From the NCBI GenBank assembly GCA_035623825.1, contig DASPSR010000022.1, positions 151,858-215,857 on the forward strand: a DNA stretch of 64,000 nt. The letters run 5' to 3'. Both the position numbers and the translations under genes were made by a program. Below, piece by piece: positions 18,568 through 29,117 of this stretch (position 1 is its first letter; every line of letters starts with the position of its first letter). The notes beneath the pieces are model-generated. The model was not told where the DNA came from. It worked only from the letters and a program-made list of their open reading frames with translations, and did not search any database. The DNA comes from Nitrospirota bacterium. Lineage in GTDB: Bacteria > Nitrospirota > UBA9217.

Positions 18568-21368
18568 TTCTTTTTTATTGTGGCAAACAGGGGGGTTACA
18601 TATCCTGATGCCGTGGACAGGTTTGCCCCCAATCCGGCTATGCCAGCCGGTAATCCTGGCAAAACAAGCATGCGCAGTTCATGTCTGGTCGCGGCCGATG
18701 ACAACTCCATCATGTCCCCCGCACGTGCCTGAAGCCTTCCCGCGTCATGGGGGTTAAGGGCGATATAAGGCTTTGGCGCACGCTCCGCGATACCTGGGGA
18801 GAGGACGCTCAATTCGTCTGAACCGAATATATGGTAGAGAGGTACGACAAGCCACTCGTCTTCTCTTGGTTTGAAGACTTCTGGAACATCGAGGGGGAAA
18901 GAGATGGCCGCGCCGGAAATCCCCCCCGTCCCGGACCCGCTCGGACGGGGGGGACGGTTTTCTGGTCCCTCCTTTGAAAGGAGAGGTGAAGGGAGATCGG
19001 CAGGTTCGATCAATCTCTTGCCAGGATCACCGCCGCGGAGACGGCCGCCAATTTCCTGCTGAAACTTGTTGAGCGACTGGCCCGAGTTCCACCCTGGCGA
19101 CCAGTAGCGCGAGATGAGCGGCGCGGGCGGTAGCCCGTCATACCCTTCCATCGAGAATGAAAGCGGTGAATCCGGGTCTTCCGGCGGTTTTGATTCATGC
19201 ACGGTGATATTTGCAAGCATGGCAGTACGTCCGCTGTAGCGATGGGGCTGGCGGGGGATTTTCATGCCCGCGACGCGATAATCAGCATGCGGGGCGACAT
19301 CCCGGACGGGCTTAAAGATTGGCAGCGTAGAAGTCATGTCATTCGTTATGTCATCCAGATTTCGCCATGTTCCTGCTTCCTCACGCCCTGATGCTGTCAT
19401 TATATCACGAATCCACTTCCAGCTTTCCTGGATGTCAGGATCTGGCGAAAGGACACGGTAAAAACGCTGTGCACGGCCTTCGCTGTTTACGAACGTGCCG
19501 TCAGACTCAGCAAAGGTGCCGGCAGGAAGCGCGACAGCCGCATTTGACGAGGTTGGGTTAAGCAGATGGTCAATGGCAATGACGTGCTTAACGCGGCCAA
19601 AGAATTCAGTCAAAGCTCTATCCTCTGCCCGGCGAAAGAGGTCGTTTTCAAGGATGACGACCGCATCAGCCTTGCCGTCCTCCGCGGCTTTGAAAGCGTC
19701 GCTCAGGCTCTTGCCGCCCATAAGCGCCAGCCCCATGCTGTTGCATTCATGGACTGCATAATAAAGTTCTGCGTTTTTCCCTCCGGCGCAAAGAGCCCAG
19801 GAGACAGCGGCGGCCGCCAGAACGACCGTCTCGCTCATGCTGCCGGTGCCGGATACGATTAATGGATGTTTCGCGTTTTTGAGGCTTTCTGCGATAATCG
19901 TTGCAAGGGATTGGATATCGTTTGTAAGACCTGAGACCGCCGCTGCATCCGCGTTCAGCTCATGGGCGACGGCGAAACCGAGACGCGCGATATTGTCCGG
20001 CGCGGCACGGTATGTCCTGACCGCGATGTCGTCGAGTTTTGTGGGCTCGCACGATGCAACGTAGAAGGGGTTCTTTTCTTCCTGGACAGCGTTCCGGACC
20101 GCATGATCGTCCCAAAGGGGGATTTTCATCTTTGCTGCAAACTCGTGGGCTTTCCGCTGCGCCGATTGCCGGAGCGCAAGTGCCAGCATGGGGGCGGTGT
20201 TCGTCACATCTTCACCGAGCACGAGCACGGCGTCGGCCGTCTCAACGTCTTTAAGAGACGGCGTGCGCGCGGGGCCTTTCCGGAGGATGTCGACAATGAG
20301 GGACAGGAGTTTTTGCTCCTGCGGCGATATCCCTGAATGGAAGTGCTCGGGACCGACAAGCGAACGCAGAGCGTAGTTCGATTCTAGCGAAGCGCGCGGC
20401 GAGCCTATGCCGATCACACTTTTACTCCTCGCCAGGATGTCGCTGACGTTTCTGAGGGATGTTTCTTTGCTTGTCGGCCGGAGCTGCCGTTCCCCGTCCG
20501 CCGTGATGAGCGGCCTGCGGATGCGATTGCCGCTGTTCACGAACTCGTATCCGTATCTGCCGCGGTCGCAGAGGAAGTATCCATTCACATCGCCGTTGTA
20601 TCGGTTCAGTATCCTGCGCAGAGTGCCGTACCGCTCACCGGGGATGGTGTTGCATCCGACCCCGCAGTGTGCGCAGACAGACGGCGCTGTCTGGAGGTCC
20701 CATTTTCTCGCGTAATGGCGCTTCAACGACTTGTCCGTGAAGACTCCGGTAGGACAGATCTCAACGAGGTTGCCGCTGAACTCGCTCTCGAGCGCGCCGT
20801 TCTCATGACGGCCGAAAAACACGTGGTCGTGGCACGCGAAGACATCGAAGTCCCGTCCGCCGGCGTAATCGCGGTAGAAACGCACGCAGCGGTAGCACTG
20901 GATACAGCGGTTCATCTCATGATTGATGAAAGGTCCGAGATCCTGGTTACGGTGGGTGCGCTTCTTGAACCGCGTTCTGCGATACGCGTGGCCGGTCATG
21001 ACCGTCATATCCTGGAGATGGCACTCGCCGCCTTCGTCGCAGACCGGGCAGTCGTGCGGATGGTTCAGCATGAGCCACTCGATCACGCTCGCCCGGAAGG
21101 TCATGGCCTCGGGGTCGTTCACAGAGAGGCGCATGCCCTCGCCCACCGGAGTCATGCAGGACATCACGATCCTGCCGCGAATGTCGTTCTCGTCCTTGAA
21201 CAACTTGACCGCGCACTGCCTGCAGGCGCCAACGGAGTGCATGGCCGGATGCCAGCAGAAGTAGGGGAGGTCGAACCCCAGGGACAGGCAGGCCTGCAGA
21301 AGGTTCTGCCCGTCCTCGACCTGGTATGGTTTGTTGTCTATGAAGATCGTAAGCATTCTTAAGCTCAT
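18564..21368 (-). CDS. nuoG: NADH-quinone oxidoreductase subunit G (long form; start may be 21356)
   Basis: FCWHP...[41 protein letters not shown]...LCDRG (N7 cluster). Confidence 0.96.
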   Translation of the reverse strand: MSLRMLTIFIDNKPYQVEDGQNLLQACLSLGFDLPYFCWHPAMHSVGACRQCAVKLFKDENDIRGRIVMSCMTPVGEGMRLSVNDPEAMTFRASVIEWLMLNHPHDCPVCDEGGECHLQDMTVMTGHAYRRTRFKKRTHRNQDLGPFINHEMNRCIQCYRCVRFYRDYAGGRDFDVFACHDHVFFGRHENGALESEFSGNLVEICPTGVFTDKSLKRHYARKWDLQTAPSVCAHCGVGCNTIPGERYGTLRRILNRYNGDVNGYFLCDRGRYGYEFVNSGNRIRRPLITADGERQLRPTSKETSLRNVSDILARSKSVIGIGSPRASLESNYALRSLVGPEHFHSGISPQEQKLLSLIVDILRKGPARTPSLKDVETADAVLVLGEDVTNTAPMLALALRQSAQRKAHEFAAKMKIPLWDDHAVRNAVQEEKNPFYVASCEPTKLDDIAVRTYRAAPDNIARLGFAVAHELNADAAAVSGLTNDIQSLATIIAESLKNAKHPLIVSGTGSMSETVVLAAAAVSWALCAGGKNAELYYAVHECNSMGLALMGGKSLSDAFKAAEDGKADAVVILENDLFRRAEDRALTEFFGRVKHVIAIDHLLNPTSSNAAVALPAGTFAESDGTFVNSEGRAQRFYRVLSPDPDIQESWKWIRDIMTASGREEAGTWRNLDDITNDMTSTLPIFKPVRDVAPHADYRVAGMKIPRQPHRYSGRTAMLANITVHESKPPEDPDSPLSFSMEGYDGLPPAPLISRYWSPGWNSGQSLNKFQQEIGGRLRGGDPGKRLIEPADLPSPLLSKEGPENRPPRPSGSGTGGISGAAISFPLDVPEVFKPREDEWLVVPLYHIFGSDELSVLSPGIAERAPKPYIALNPHDAGRLQARAGDMMELSSAATRHELRMLVLPGLPAGIAGLGANLSTASGYVTPLFATIKKK
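18917..18997. repeat. Palindromic repeat element inserted in frame in nuoG
   Basis: About 81 nt, AAATCCCCCCCGTCC...GGACGGGGGGG...CCCTCCTTTGAAAGGAGAGG.TGAAGGGAGAT, two hairpins; encodes a low-complexity P/G/S segment. Confidence 0.6.
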
Positions 21369-21416
21369 GTAAGGCAGAACAACGCTATAAGGCTGGATGC
21401 CGATCCAGTACTCCCG

Positions 21417-22694
21417 CTAAAGGTTCTCCCAGGGGCATCGCTTCTCGATTATGTGCCTTTCAAAATCCTCTCTGAAATATCTGATCGCGCTCTGGAGCGG
21501 TTCGACCGCACCGGGAGCCAAAGCGCAATAGGTGTTGCCGGGCCCGAGTAGGCTGCACTGCTGGACCAGAATATCGATGTCCGCCGATTCGCCCTGACCA
21601 TTCTCGATTGCCCAGAGCACCTTCTCGACCCACGGCAGCCCCTCACGGCAGGGCGTGCACCATCCGCAGGACTCCCGAGCAAAGAATTTGATGAGGTTAT
21701 GAACAAATCCGACCGGACACGTCTTATTGTCGAGCACGATCATCGTGCCCGTACCGAGGCGGCTCCCAGCCTTCATCACGGAATCAAAGTCCATCTTCAC
21801 ATCAAGATGCTGGACAACGAGGAAATCGGTGGATGCCCCGCCGGGGATCACGCCGCGGAACCGATAGCCTTCCTGCATTCCGCCTGCGTGCTCTTCAAGG
21901 ATCTCCCGTACCGTCACGCCCATGGGCAGTTCCCACAACCCGGGCCTTTTCACCTTGCCGCTTACGCCATACAGCTTGGTACCGGTGTCGGTGCTTTTGC
22001 TCAGTCCTTTGAACCATTCAGCACCGTTGTTCACGATATGCGGAATGTTCGCGATGGTCTCGACATTGTTCACGATCGTGGGTTTGCCAAAGAAGCCGCA
22101 AATCTGGGGGAAAGGCGGCTTCGCGCGCGGCGTGGCGCGCTTCCCCTCGAGAGCGTTCAGGAGGGCCGTCTCCTCCCCGCAGATGTAACGGCCTGCGCTC
22201 ACGTGGATACGGAGGTCAAGATTGTACCCCGAGCCGAGGATGTTTTTACCGAGATAATTATTTTGATACGCCTCGGCGATCGATCGATTTAACAGTCTGG
22301 CTGCGGGCCTGTATGCCCAGCGGACAAATATGTACGCCTGCTCTGCTTCGATAGCGTAGGCGCTAATGATCGCACCTTCGATGATCTGATGCGGGGAGCC
22401 TTCGAGCAGAAGACGGTCTTTGAATGTGCCGGGCTCCATCTCATCGGCGTTCACGATCAGGTATTTGGGACGATGGACTTCGGGACCCATCGGAACGAAG
22501 CTCCACTTCGTGCCCGTCGGGAAACCCGCACCTCCGCGGCCGCGAAGGTTGGATGATTTCACGATGCCCTGCACGTCCTGAGGTGACATCGCAAGCGCTT
22601 TGCGCAGACCCCGATAGCCTCCGGCATTCTCATACTCCCTGCATGAGAGGGGCGCCTGGCCGGGAACTATGTCTATCGTGAGTGGGCGTTCCAT
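21417..22694 (-). CDS. nuoF: NADH-quinone oxidoreductase subunit F
   Basis: LRGRGGAGFPTG, NADEMEPGTFKDR, YICGEETAL, ESCGWCTPCREG. Confidence 0.96.
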   Translation of the reverse strand: MERPLTIDIVPGQAPLSCREYENAGGYRGLRKALAMSPQDVQGIVKSSNLRGRGGAGFPTGTKWSFVPMGPEVHRPKYLIVNADEMEPGTFKDRLLLEGSPHQIIEGAIISAYAIEAEQAYIFVRWAYRPAARLLNRSIAEAYQNNYLGKNILGSGYNLDLRIHVSAGRYICGEETALLNALEGKRATPRAKPPFPQICGFFGKPTIVNNVETIANIPHIVNNGAEWFKGLSKSTDTGTKLYGVSGKVKRPGLWELPMGVTVREILEEHAGGMQEGYRFRGVIPGGASTDFLVVQHLDVKMDFDSVMKAGSRLGTGTMIVLDNKTCPVGFVHNLIKFFARESCGWCTPCREGLPWVEKVLWAIENGQGESADIDILVQQCSLLGPGNTYCALAPGAVEPLQSAIRYFREDFERHIIEKRCPWENL

Positions 22695-22753
22695 AAGATC
22701 TTTTTGACAGGATTTCAGGATGGGCCCTGCGGTGCCTCGGCAAGACCCACGCT

Positions 22754-22806
22754 GTCATTCTGGGCCTGCTTGAGCCTTCCTTGTACCTGACACGGAATAA
22801 TCCAGT
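22754..22806. repeat. Degenerate REP-like element in the nuoF-nuoE spacer
   Basis: GTCATTCTGGG...TGTACCTGACACGGAATAATCCAGT, followed by hairpin CATCCCCCTCGATGCAGGGATG; a related CTGGATGCCGATCCAG palindrome lies at 21393-21408. Confidence 0.4.
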
Positions 22807-22910
22807 GACCTGGCGGAAAGACGCCGCATCCCCCTCGATGCAGGGATGGCGGAATGCGACATTTTACTGCTTTGAGATGCTCATTACGTCCGTCCAGTCG
22901 TACCGTCATA

Positions 22911-23375
22911 TTATTCGTATTTCCCAAGTAATTCATCCATCGATTCCGGCGTCACCGGTCCGTACAGGTCCTCATCCACCATTATGGCAGGCGCCCGGTC
23001 GCATGCGCCGAGGCACGATATGGGGAGCAGGGTGAATCGCTTGTCAGCCGTGGTCTCGCCGAAGGTGACGCCCAGTTTCTTCTTGAGAACATCGATAAGG
23101 GGATTGCATCCCGTGATCCAGCAGCTGATGCTGTCGCAGACGAGTATGACATGGCGTCCCACGGGCTTCCGGAAGATGAAGCTGTAGAAGGTGGCGACGG
23201 CGTCGAGTTCGTCGGGCGTCATGCTGAGCATTTCGGCAACGTCCTTTACAGCCTCGTCAGGCACCCAGCCGCGATGGCGTTGGACAATGTTCAGCGCTTC
23301 GACGGATGCGGACGCCTTTATCGTGCAGTGCGCCAACTCGGCGTCGATTTCCTGTATTTCTTTTTCGTTTAACAA
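22911..23375 (-). CDS. nuoE: NADH-quinone oxidoreductase subunit E
   Basis: VATFYS, VCDSISC, SCLGACDRAP [2Fe-2S] motif; TTG start. Confidence 0.95.
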   Translation of the reverse strand: MLNEKEIQEIDAELAHCTIKASASVEALNIVQRHRGWVPDEAVKDVAEMLSMTPDELDAVATFYSFIFRKPVGRHVILVCDSISCWITGCNPLIDVLKKKLGVTFGETTADKRFTLLPISCLGACDRAPAIMVDEDLYGPVTPESMDELLGKYE

Positions 23376-23475
23376 AAAAGACCTCAGATGGTTGCAGCTA
23401 AATCACAAAATACGAGTGCCGATTCAGTCCCGTGTTTTCTTTGACGTCTTTTCGTCCTCGCGATGCATGCCGGGT

Positions 23476-25224
23476 TTATCTGTCCAGGTCCGCCAGGATA
23501 AAATCAATGCTCCCGAGTATGGCCAAAAGGTCAGCGATCATCAGACCTCTTGAAATATGGGGCACCATCTGCAAATGCGCGAACGAAGGGGTCCTGATGC
23601 GTGTACGGTATGATGAAGTACTGCCGTCGCTGATCAGATAGTATCCATTATTGCCCTTGGTCGCTTCTATGCCGAAGAACGCCTCTCCGGCAGGGATCAC
23701 CGGCCCCCAGCTTACGCTCAGGAAATGGTTGATCAGCGTTTCAATGTCATGCATGGTACGTTCCTTGAGCGGCGGCGTTGACAGCGTGTGGACAGACTTG
23801 TAAGGGCCTGCCGGCATGTTGTTCACGCACTGTTCAATGATGCGGAGGCTCTGGCGCATCTCTTCTACACGGACAACGCCGCGGTCGTAGCTGTCGCCGT
23901 GAACTGCCGTGGGTATATCGAACTCGAAGTTGTCATAGCCCGAGTAAGGTCGTTTCTTTCGGAAGTCCCATTCGAATCCGCAGGCCCGCAGGCCCGGTCC
24001 GGTCACGCCCCAGTCGATGGCTTCATCGAGAGTGTATGCTCCCACACCTTGGGTGCGCCCCTTGAAGATGCGGTTCCGCATCACGATGGAGTCGTATTCC
24101 TTGAGCCTAGGAGGCAGGTAATCAAGAAAACTTTTTATAAGGCCGTCCCATCCCGCGGGCAGGTCCTGCGCTACGCCGCCGATCCGGAACCATTCGGGAT
24201 GCATCCGGCCTCCGCAGACGGCTTCGATGATGCCGAAAACGCGTTCGCGGTCGGTGAACATATAGAAGACGGGGGAAAGCGAGCCAACGTCCTGGGCGAA
24301 TGTGCCGTACCACACGAGATGGCTGGCAATGCGGAAGAGTTCCGCCAGCATCACGCGGATCGTCTGTGCTCGCTCAGGCACCTCGATGCCCGCAAGCTTC
24401 TCAACGGCAAGGCAGTAGGCTAGATTGTTCATCACACCGCCTAAGTAGTCTACACGGTCGGTGTACGGAATATATGTGTGCCAGGACTGGCGTTCGGCCA
24501 TCTTCTCGGCGCCTCGGTGATGGTAGCCGATGTCGAGCACAGCGTCGGCGATTTCCTCACCGTCGAGCTGGAGGATGAACCGGATGAGCCCGTGTGTCCC
24601 GGGGTGCTGAGGACCGAGGTTCAGGAACATGAAATCTGTGTCCGCGGTTTTGCGCTTCATGCCCCAATCCTCAGGCCTGAACTGGAGCGCCGTCTGCTCA
24701 GCTTCTTCTTTTTCGTCAGGCAGGCGGAACGGCCCCATCTCTGTGGCGCGCGCAGGGTGGTCCTTGCGCAGGGGGTGACCTTTCCAGGTCGGAGGCATCA
24801 GGATCCTCTTCAGGTTCATGTGGCCGTCAAATTTCACGCCGAACATGTCCCATGCCTCGCGCTCGTACCAGTCTGCGGATTTCCAGAGGGCGGTTATCGT
24901 GGGGAGGGATGGGGATTCACCTTTGAGCGGGACTTTGATCCTTATGTCCTCGTTCCGTTCATAGGAAAGAAGATGATAGACGATTGTGAAGTCGCTCTCG
25001 GGCTGGCCTTGCCTATGCGTGCGCACACGCTCATCGATGGCCGTCATGTCGTACAGCGTGCGATAGGGATGAGGTGCCCCGGTCTTGAGATGCCTGAGGA
25101 TGTCGAGCATCTTGTCCCGATTCACCCAGAGCGTGGGGATCTCGTCACGAGTGGCCTGAACAGCGAGCACGGCCTCGCCGAAGGTTTTCTTGAGATCGTC
25201 GATTATCGTGCCGGTTGAGGTCAT
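23476..25224 (-). CDS. nuoCD: Fused NADH-quinone oxidoreductase subunit C/D
   Basis: Nuo[12 protein letters not shown]...GHPLRKD fused to Nuo[33 protein letters not shown]. Confidence 0.96.
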   Translation of the reverse strand: MTSTGTIIDDLKKTFGEAVLAVQATRDEIPTLWVNRDKMLDILRHLKTGAPHPYRTLYDMTAIDERVRTHRQGQPESDFTIVYHLLSYERNEDIRIKVPLKGESPSLPTITALWKSADWYEREAWDMFGVKFDGHMNLKRILMPPTWKGHPLRKDHPARATEMGPFRLPDEKEEAEQTALQFRPEDWGMKRKTADTDFMFLNLGPQHPGTHGLIRFILQLDGEEIADAVLDIGYHHRGAEKMAERQSWHTYIPYTDRVDYLGGVMNNLAYCLAVEKLAGIEVPERAQTIRVMLAELFRIASHLVWYGTFAQDVGSLSPVFYMFTDRERVFGIIEAVCGGRMHPEWFRIGGVAQDLPAGWDGLIKSFLDYLPPRLKEYDSIVMRNRIFKGRTQGVGAYTLDEAIDWGVTGPGLRACGFEWDFRKKRPYSGYDNFEFDIPTAVHGDSYDRGVVRVEEMRQSLRIIEQCVNNMPAGPYKSVHTLSTPPLKERTMHDIETLINHFLSVSWGPVIPAGEAFFGIEATKGNNGYYLISDGSTSSYRTRIRTPSFAHLQMVPHISRGLMIADLLAILGSIDFILADLDR

Positions 25225-25352
25225 AGAGTCGGTGAATATCAGATGTCAAGGTCAAAATTCCCGTACATGTCGCAAATGAATATTAGGGAAGATGGCGTTG
25301 CCGGGTTCATGCTTGATATGAATCGCGGTTATTGAACTTTGAACGTATCACG

Positions 25353-25967
25353 TCACACTTCATTCGGCGGACGCAGGATCGTCGCCTTTTGACGTTCTCC
25401 GCGTTTCAGGTCCCGCATACACGGCGCCTCCGGCCGTGCCACCCCTTGGGGGCCTGCGACCCAGCTCAAGGGCCGCCGCTCCTTGCCGACCAAATCGCGC
25501 AGCATGAGGAGCCCCTCCATGAATGCATCGGGGCGGGGAGGGCAGCCGGGGACATAGACATCAACTGGGAGGAACTTGTCAACGCCCTGGACCACGCTGT
25601 AGATGTCGTACATGCCGCCGGAGTTGGCGCACGAACCCATCGAGATGACCCAGCGCGGCTCCATCATCTGCTCGTAGAGCCGCTTGATGACCGGGGCCAT
25701 CTTGATAAACACCGTGCCGGCGATGACCATCATGTCCGCTTCTCGCGGAGTGCCGCGTATTACTTCGGCGCCGAAACGGGCGATGTCGTACTTGCTTGTG
25801 AGGCTCGTCGCCATTTCCACATAGCAGCAGGAGAGCCCGAAATTAAAGGGCCAGATGGAATTCTTTCTGCCCCACGCCAGGACGTCCTGGAGCCGCGTCA
25901 GAATGAGGCTTTTACGAACGACGTCCTCTACTGAATCGTAGCCCGTTCTGGTAAGAGAATAGTCCAT
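25353..25967 (-). CDS. nuoB: NADH-quinone oxidoreductase subunit B
   Basis: [29 protein letters not shown]; start placed at MDYSL. Confidence 0.95.
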   Translation of the reverse strand: MDYSLTRTGYDSVEDVVRKSLILTRLQDVLAWGRKNSIWPFNFGLSCCYVEMATSLTSKYDIARFGAEVIRGTPREADMMVIAGTVFIKMAPVIKRLYEQMMEPRWVISMGSCANSGGMYDIYSVVQGVDKFLPVDVYVPGCPPRPDAFMEGLLMLRDLVGKERRPLSWVAGPQGVARPEAPCMRDLKRGERQKATILRPPNEV

Positions 25968-26029
25968 AGCAATCAACGTACAGGGTTCAAACCGTTTCTC
26001 TATGGCAGATATCACCGACATGCCGAGTC

Positions 26030-26431
26030 TTAAGTACTGATTTTTTTTCTAACCAAGCCTGCCCATTCCAGGGCGCCAAGCCGCCATAGGTAGACCAGCG
26101 CCGCTGCCAGAATGCCGATGAAGAGCATCATTTCCGCATAACCCGTCCAGCCCGTTTCGCGGACTGAGACGGCCCAGGCGAAGATGAAGACAGCCTCCAG
26201 ATCGAAGATGACGAAAAACATGGCGATGAGGTAGAATTTGACGTCAAACCGCACCCGTGCTGTGCCCGTGGACACGATACCAGACTCATAGGGTTCGGCT
26301 GTCTGTCTTTCCCGGTGTCGCTCCCCCAAGACGTAGGACAGCGTTATCATGACCGTCACGATGATGATGACAGCGGCGAAGTACATGGCCATGGGCCAGA
26401 GCGCCGCGTTCGCTGTTGTATGATCCACCAT
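26030..26431 (-). CDS. nuoA: NADH-quinone oxidoreductase subunit A
   Basis: [27 protein letters not shown]. Confidence 0.95.
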   Translation of the reverse strand: MVDHTTANAALWPMAMYFAAVIIIVTVMITLSYVLGERHRERQTAEPYESGIVSTGTARVRFDVKFYLIAMFFVIFDLEAVFIFAWAVSVRETGWTGYAEMMLFIGILAAALVYLWRLGALEWAGLVRKKIST

Positions 26432-26437
26432 GGTAAA

Positions 26438-26465
26438 AGAATATCACAGAGGACTGGAAAGTCAA
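26438..26465 (-). promoter_or_regulatory. nuo operon promoter, probably leaderless
   Basis: TTGACT-16 nt-(TG)TATTCT-6 nt-ATG of nuoA; no Shine-Dalgarno. Confidence 0.6.
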
Positions 26466-26493
26466 GCGGTTGTAATATTTCCGGAATTGTTTA

Positions 26494-26522
26494 TTGACAA
26501 AAAAGGCGAACGCTGATAGTCT
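26494..26522 (+). promoter_or_regulatory. sigma70 promoter for the FKBP gene
   Basis: TTGACA-17 nt-TAGTCT, back to back with the nuo promoter. Confidence 0.5.
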
Positions 26523-26610
26523 ACGGTAAATTATTTACGGGATCGACTGCGGCGGCAAGGAGCCTTCGCCGTGTGGCGCTGATCCTGTCGGAAACTCGAA
26601 AGGAGATACC

Positions 26611-27297
26611 ATGAAATTAATGTTAGGGGTGGCACTGTGCGCAGTGCTCACAACAGCCCCGGTCGTTGCGGCGGAAAATGAGGAATTGAAGACGCAGAAG
26701 GATAAGATCAGCTATGTCGTCGGTCTGGATATGGGAACCAGCTTGAAGAAGAACATGATCGACGTGGATCCTGACATCGTCGCACGGGGGCTCAAGGACG
26801 CACTAGCCGGGAATAAGCCCCTCATGACCGAACAGGAAATGAAGGAGACCATTGCCGCTTTGCAGAAGGAGTTCCAGTCCAAACAGCAAGAGCTGTCAAA
26901 GGCACTCGCGGAAAAGAACAAGAAAGAAGGGGAGGCCTTCCTTGCGGAGAACAAGAAAAAGCAGGGTGTGATAACCATGCCGAGCGGTTTACAGTACAAG
27001 ATACTCGCCGGCGGGAAGGGAAAATCTCCCAAAGCAACGGATATCGTGACCGTTAATTACAAGGGCACGTTGATCGACGGGACCGAGTTTGACAACTCAT
27101 ACAAACGCGGTAAGCCGGAGACGCTCGCCGTGAACGGGGTTATTCCCGGGTGGACCGAGGCGTTACAGCTGATGAAGGAAGGCTCAAAGTGGCAGCTGTT
27201 CATCCCTTCGAATCTCGCATATGGAGAGCGGGGGGGAGGCCCCATCGGGCCGAACTCGGTCTTGATCTTTGAAGTAGAGTTGATCTCCATTAAGTAG
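26611..27297 (+). CDS. FKBP-type peptidyl-prolyl isomerase (FkpA/Mip-like)
   Basis: Signal peptide, KISYVVG dimerisation domain, SGLQYK, VNYKGTLIDGTEFD, VIPGWTEAL, IPSNLAYG. Confidence 0.94.
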   Translation: MKLMLGVALCAVLTTAPVVAAENEELKTQKDKISYVVGLDMGTSLKKNMIDVDPDIVARGLKDALAGNKPLMTEQEMKETIAALQKEFQSKQQELSKALAEKNKKEGEAFLAENKKKQGVITMPSGLQYKILAGGKGKSPKATDIVTVNYKGTLIDGTEFDNSYKRGKPETLAVNGVIPGWTEALQLMKEGSKWQLFIPSNLAYGERGGGPIGPNSVLIFEVELISIK

Positions 27298-27309
27298 TCA
27301 CATGCGGAA

Positions 27310-27336
27310 GGCCGGTCTTTGCAGACCGGCCGTTTT
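27310..27336 (+). terminator. Intrinsic terminator after the FKBP gene
   Basis: GGCCGGTCT-TTGC-AGACCGGCC-GTTTT. Confidence 0.7.
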
Positions 27337-27480
27337 ATTATCACAAGTGAGAGTGGCTGCATATACTCGTCATGCTCTCGCCGGTCCTCGCCCCGTCCAC
27401 CTTCAGGAGCGGGCAGAGACGGCGCAACGCCGTTTCTCGGCCTCCGTTCTGCTGCCTGGGCGCTCCGTCTGAAGCTCTTA

Positions 27481-28281
27481 TCATTTGCCGCCAATCCCGT
27501 CTGATGATTCCCATTCCTCTAGCTTCCCTCTGATGAATCGTATGATTTCGTTATGCTCTTCGGCGCCTCGGTCTCTGACCATGAGCGGTTTTCCGAACGC
27601 AAAGTGTACTCGCTTCGAAGGAACGATCCTGCCGTAATCTTTCAGGTACTTCCCGTTGCCCCAGGCATCGGTCTTAAGCGCTATTGGGACCACGGGCACC
27701 TCGGCTTTTTTGGCGAGTTTTATTCCGATTGTGTTGAAGGCTTCGGGGTCAAAGGCCAGCGTGCGCGTGGTCTGGGGGAAAATGATGATTGATCTCCCCG
27801 CTTTCAGGCGCTCAGTCCCTCCCTCTAGGACCGCTTTCAGGTCTTCACGGGGGTTTTCCCGGCGGACGGTGACAGGGTCCCGTGAGCGCATAACATGCCT
27901 GAAAATCGGGTATTCGACAAGACTTTGCTTGACCACGAAGGTTGTGTCTTTAAGAGGAGCTATTATGGCCGGGAGCACGAATGTTTCGAGCGTGCTCATG
28001 TGGTTTGCGATGAACACGCAAGGCCCGTTGAACGATGTAATGGAATCGATGCCCGCTATCTCTAGGTCAACCCCTACGTGTTCGAGGGCTCGAACGATGG
28101 CCAAGCTGCTTTTGCACCATTCGGCAGTGTCATAATGCCTTCTTTTTGCCTTGACGCTCCCCCGAAAAACGATTATGAAGGCATGATAGTAGAAGATGAG
28201 CGACGGGCATAGTTTCGCCGGCAGGGAAATGCCGGCATGGGCCGTCCTGTACGCGTTGTTTTCATACTGAATCCATTCCAT
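27481..28281 (-). CDS. Lysophospholipid acyltransferase family protein (PlsC-like)
   Basis: ANHMSTLE (HxxxxD variant), IIIFPQTTR, VPVVPIA. Confidence 0.85.
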   Translation of the reverse strand: MEWIQYENNAYRTAHAGISLPAKLCPSLIFYYHAFIIVFRGSVKAKRRHYDTAEWCKSSLAIVRALEHVGVDLEIAGIDSITSFNGPCVFIANHMSTLETFVLPAIIAPLKDTTFVVKQSLVEYPIFRHVMRSRDPVTVRRENPREDLKAVLEGGTERLKAGRSIIIFPQTTRTLAFDPEAFNTIGIKLAKKAEVPVVPIALKTDAWGNGKYLKDYGRIVPSKRVHFAFGKPLMVRDRGAEEHNEIIRFIRGKLEEWESSDGIGGK

Positions 28282-28515
28282 ATCCCGCCCCTGAGCAATC
28301 GTGCAATACGGCCGTTCCGATACGCTGTAAAGTATACCATGAGCGAGATCAAGATGAAAGGGGATCCGGGCGGCTTGTCAATCACCGATAGAAATGTCCT
28401 ACTTTATGGAATCCGATCCGATTCAGCTTTTGTTTATAGGTAAGCTTCCACGGATGTGTTACGGGCGGTGGATGTCCGGTGATCGCCTGAATACTGTGTG
28501 GTTGGCGGCATCTCT

Positions 28516-28986
28516 TCAGATACGGGTGCTGAACGAGGCAACGTGAGGCAGCGTAAGGCGTTCGAAATCTGTATAATGCATTCGGACAGCCTCATAGTGC
28601 GTACCGGCGTTGAAAGTGATATATTCGTCCGCCTTGAGACTCTCATCAACCCAAGTCTCGAGGCCGGCCAAGTTTCCGAAGGGCGGCATGGCCCCAATCT
28701 CGGATTCAGGAAACAGCGTCTTGATTTCATTCTCGGTGGCGATGGCTAGGGACGCTGTGCTCATCAGCGATCGAAGCGAAGAAAGGTCTATATTACGGGT
28801 TGCGGGGAGCACGGCCATGCGGTACGACTCATCAGCTTTGATGATGACCACCTTCACGAGTTCCTTCCCGGGTACGTGTAGTGCCTGTGCGAGCTGCTGA
28901 GCAGTGTACACCTCTTCATGGAGCAGAACTTTGTAGAGGACGTTGTTCTGGTCGAGATACTGCTTGATCTTTGCGAGGGTATTCAT
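28516..28986 (-). CDS. YbaK/EbsC family aminoacyl-tRNA deacylase
   Basis: ELVKVV, FPESEIGAMPPFG, FNAGTH. Confidence 0.9.
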   Translation of the reverse strand: MNTLAKIKQYLDQNNVLYKVLLHEEVYTAQQLAQALHVPGKELVKVVIIKADESYRMAVLPATRNIDLSSLRSLMSTASLAIATENEIKTLFPESEIGAMPPFGNLAGLETWVDESLKADEYITFNAGTHYEAVRMHYTDFERLTLPHVASFSTRI

Positions 28987-29083
28987 GGTGCATCCTGCGG
29001 AACAAACCGTGGTCGGTGCGTCTAGTATATCGAATGGGCGTCAATTGTCAATGAATAAATGCTTTTCCTGTTCCAAAAAACGC

Positions 29084-29112
29084 TTGCAATACCTCTGGGA
29101 AAAGGCGACAAT
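29084..29112 (+). promoter_or_regulatory. sigma70 promoter, probably leaderless
   Basis: TTGCAA-17 nt-GACAAT-5 nt-ATG (29118). Confidence 0.5.
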
Positions 29113-29117
29113 GCGCC

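Noticed and set aside
26545-26590. Stem-loop in the FKBP leader as a riboswitch or RNA thermometer
   Set aside because: It does not cover the RBS and matches no aptamer I recognise.
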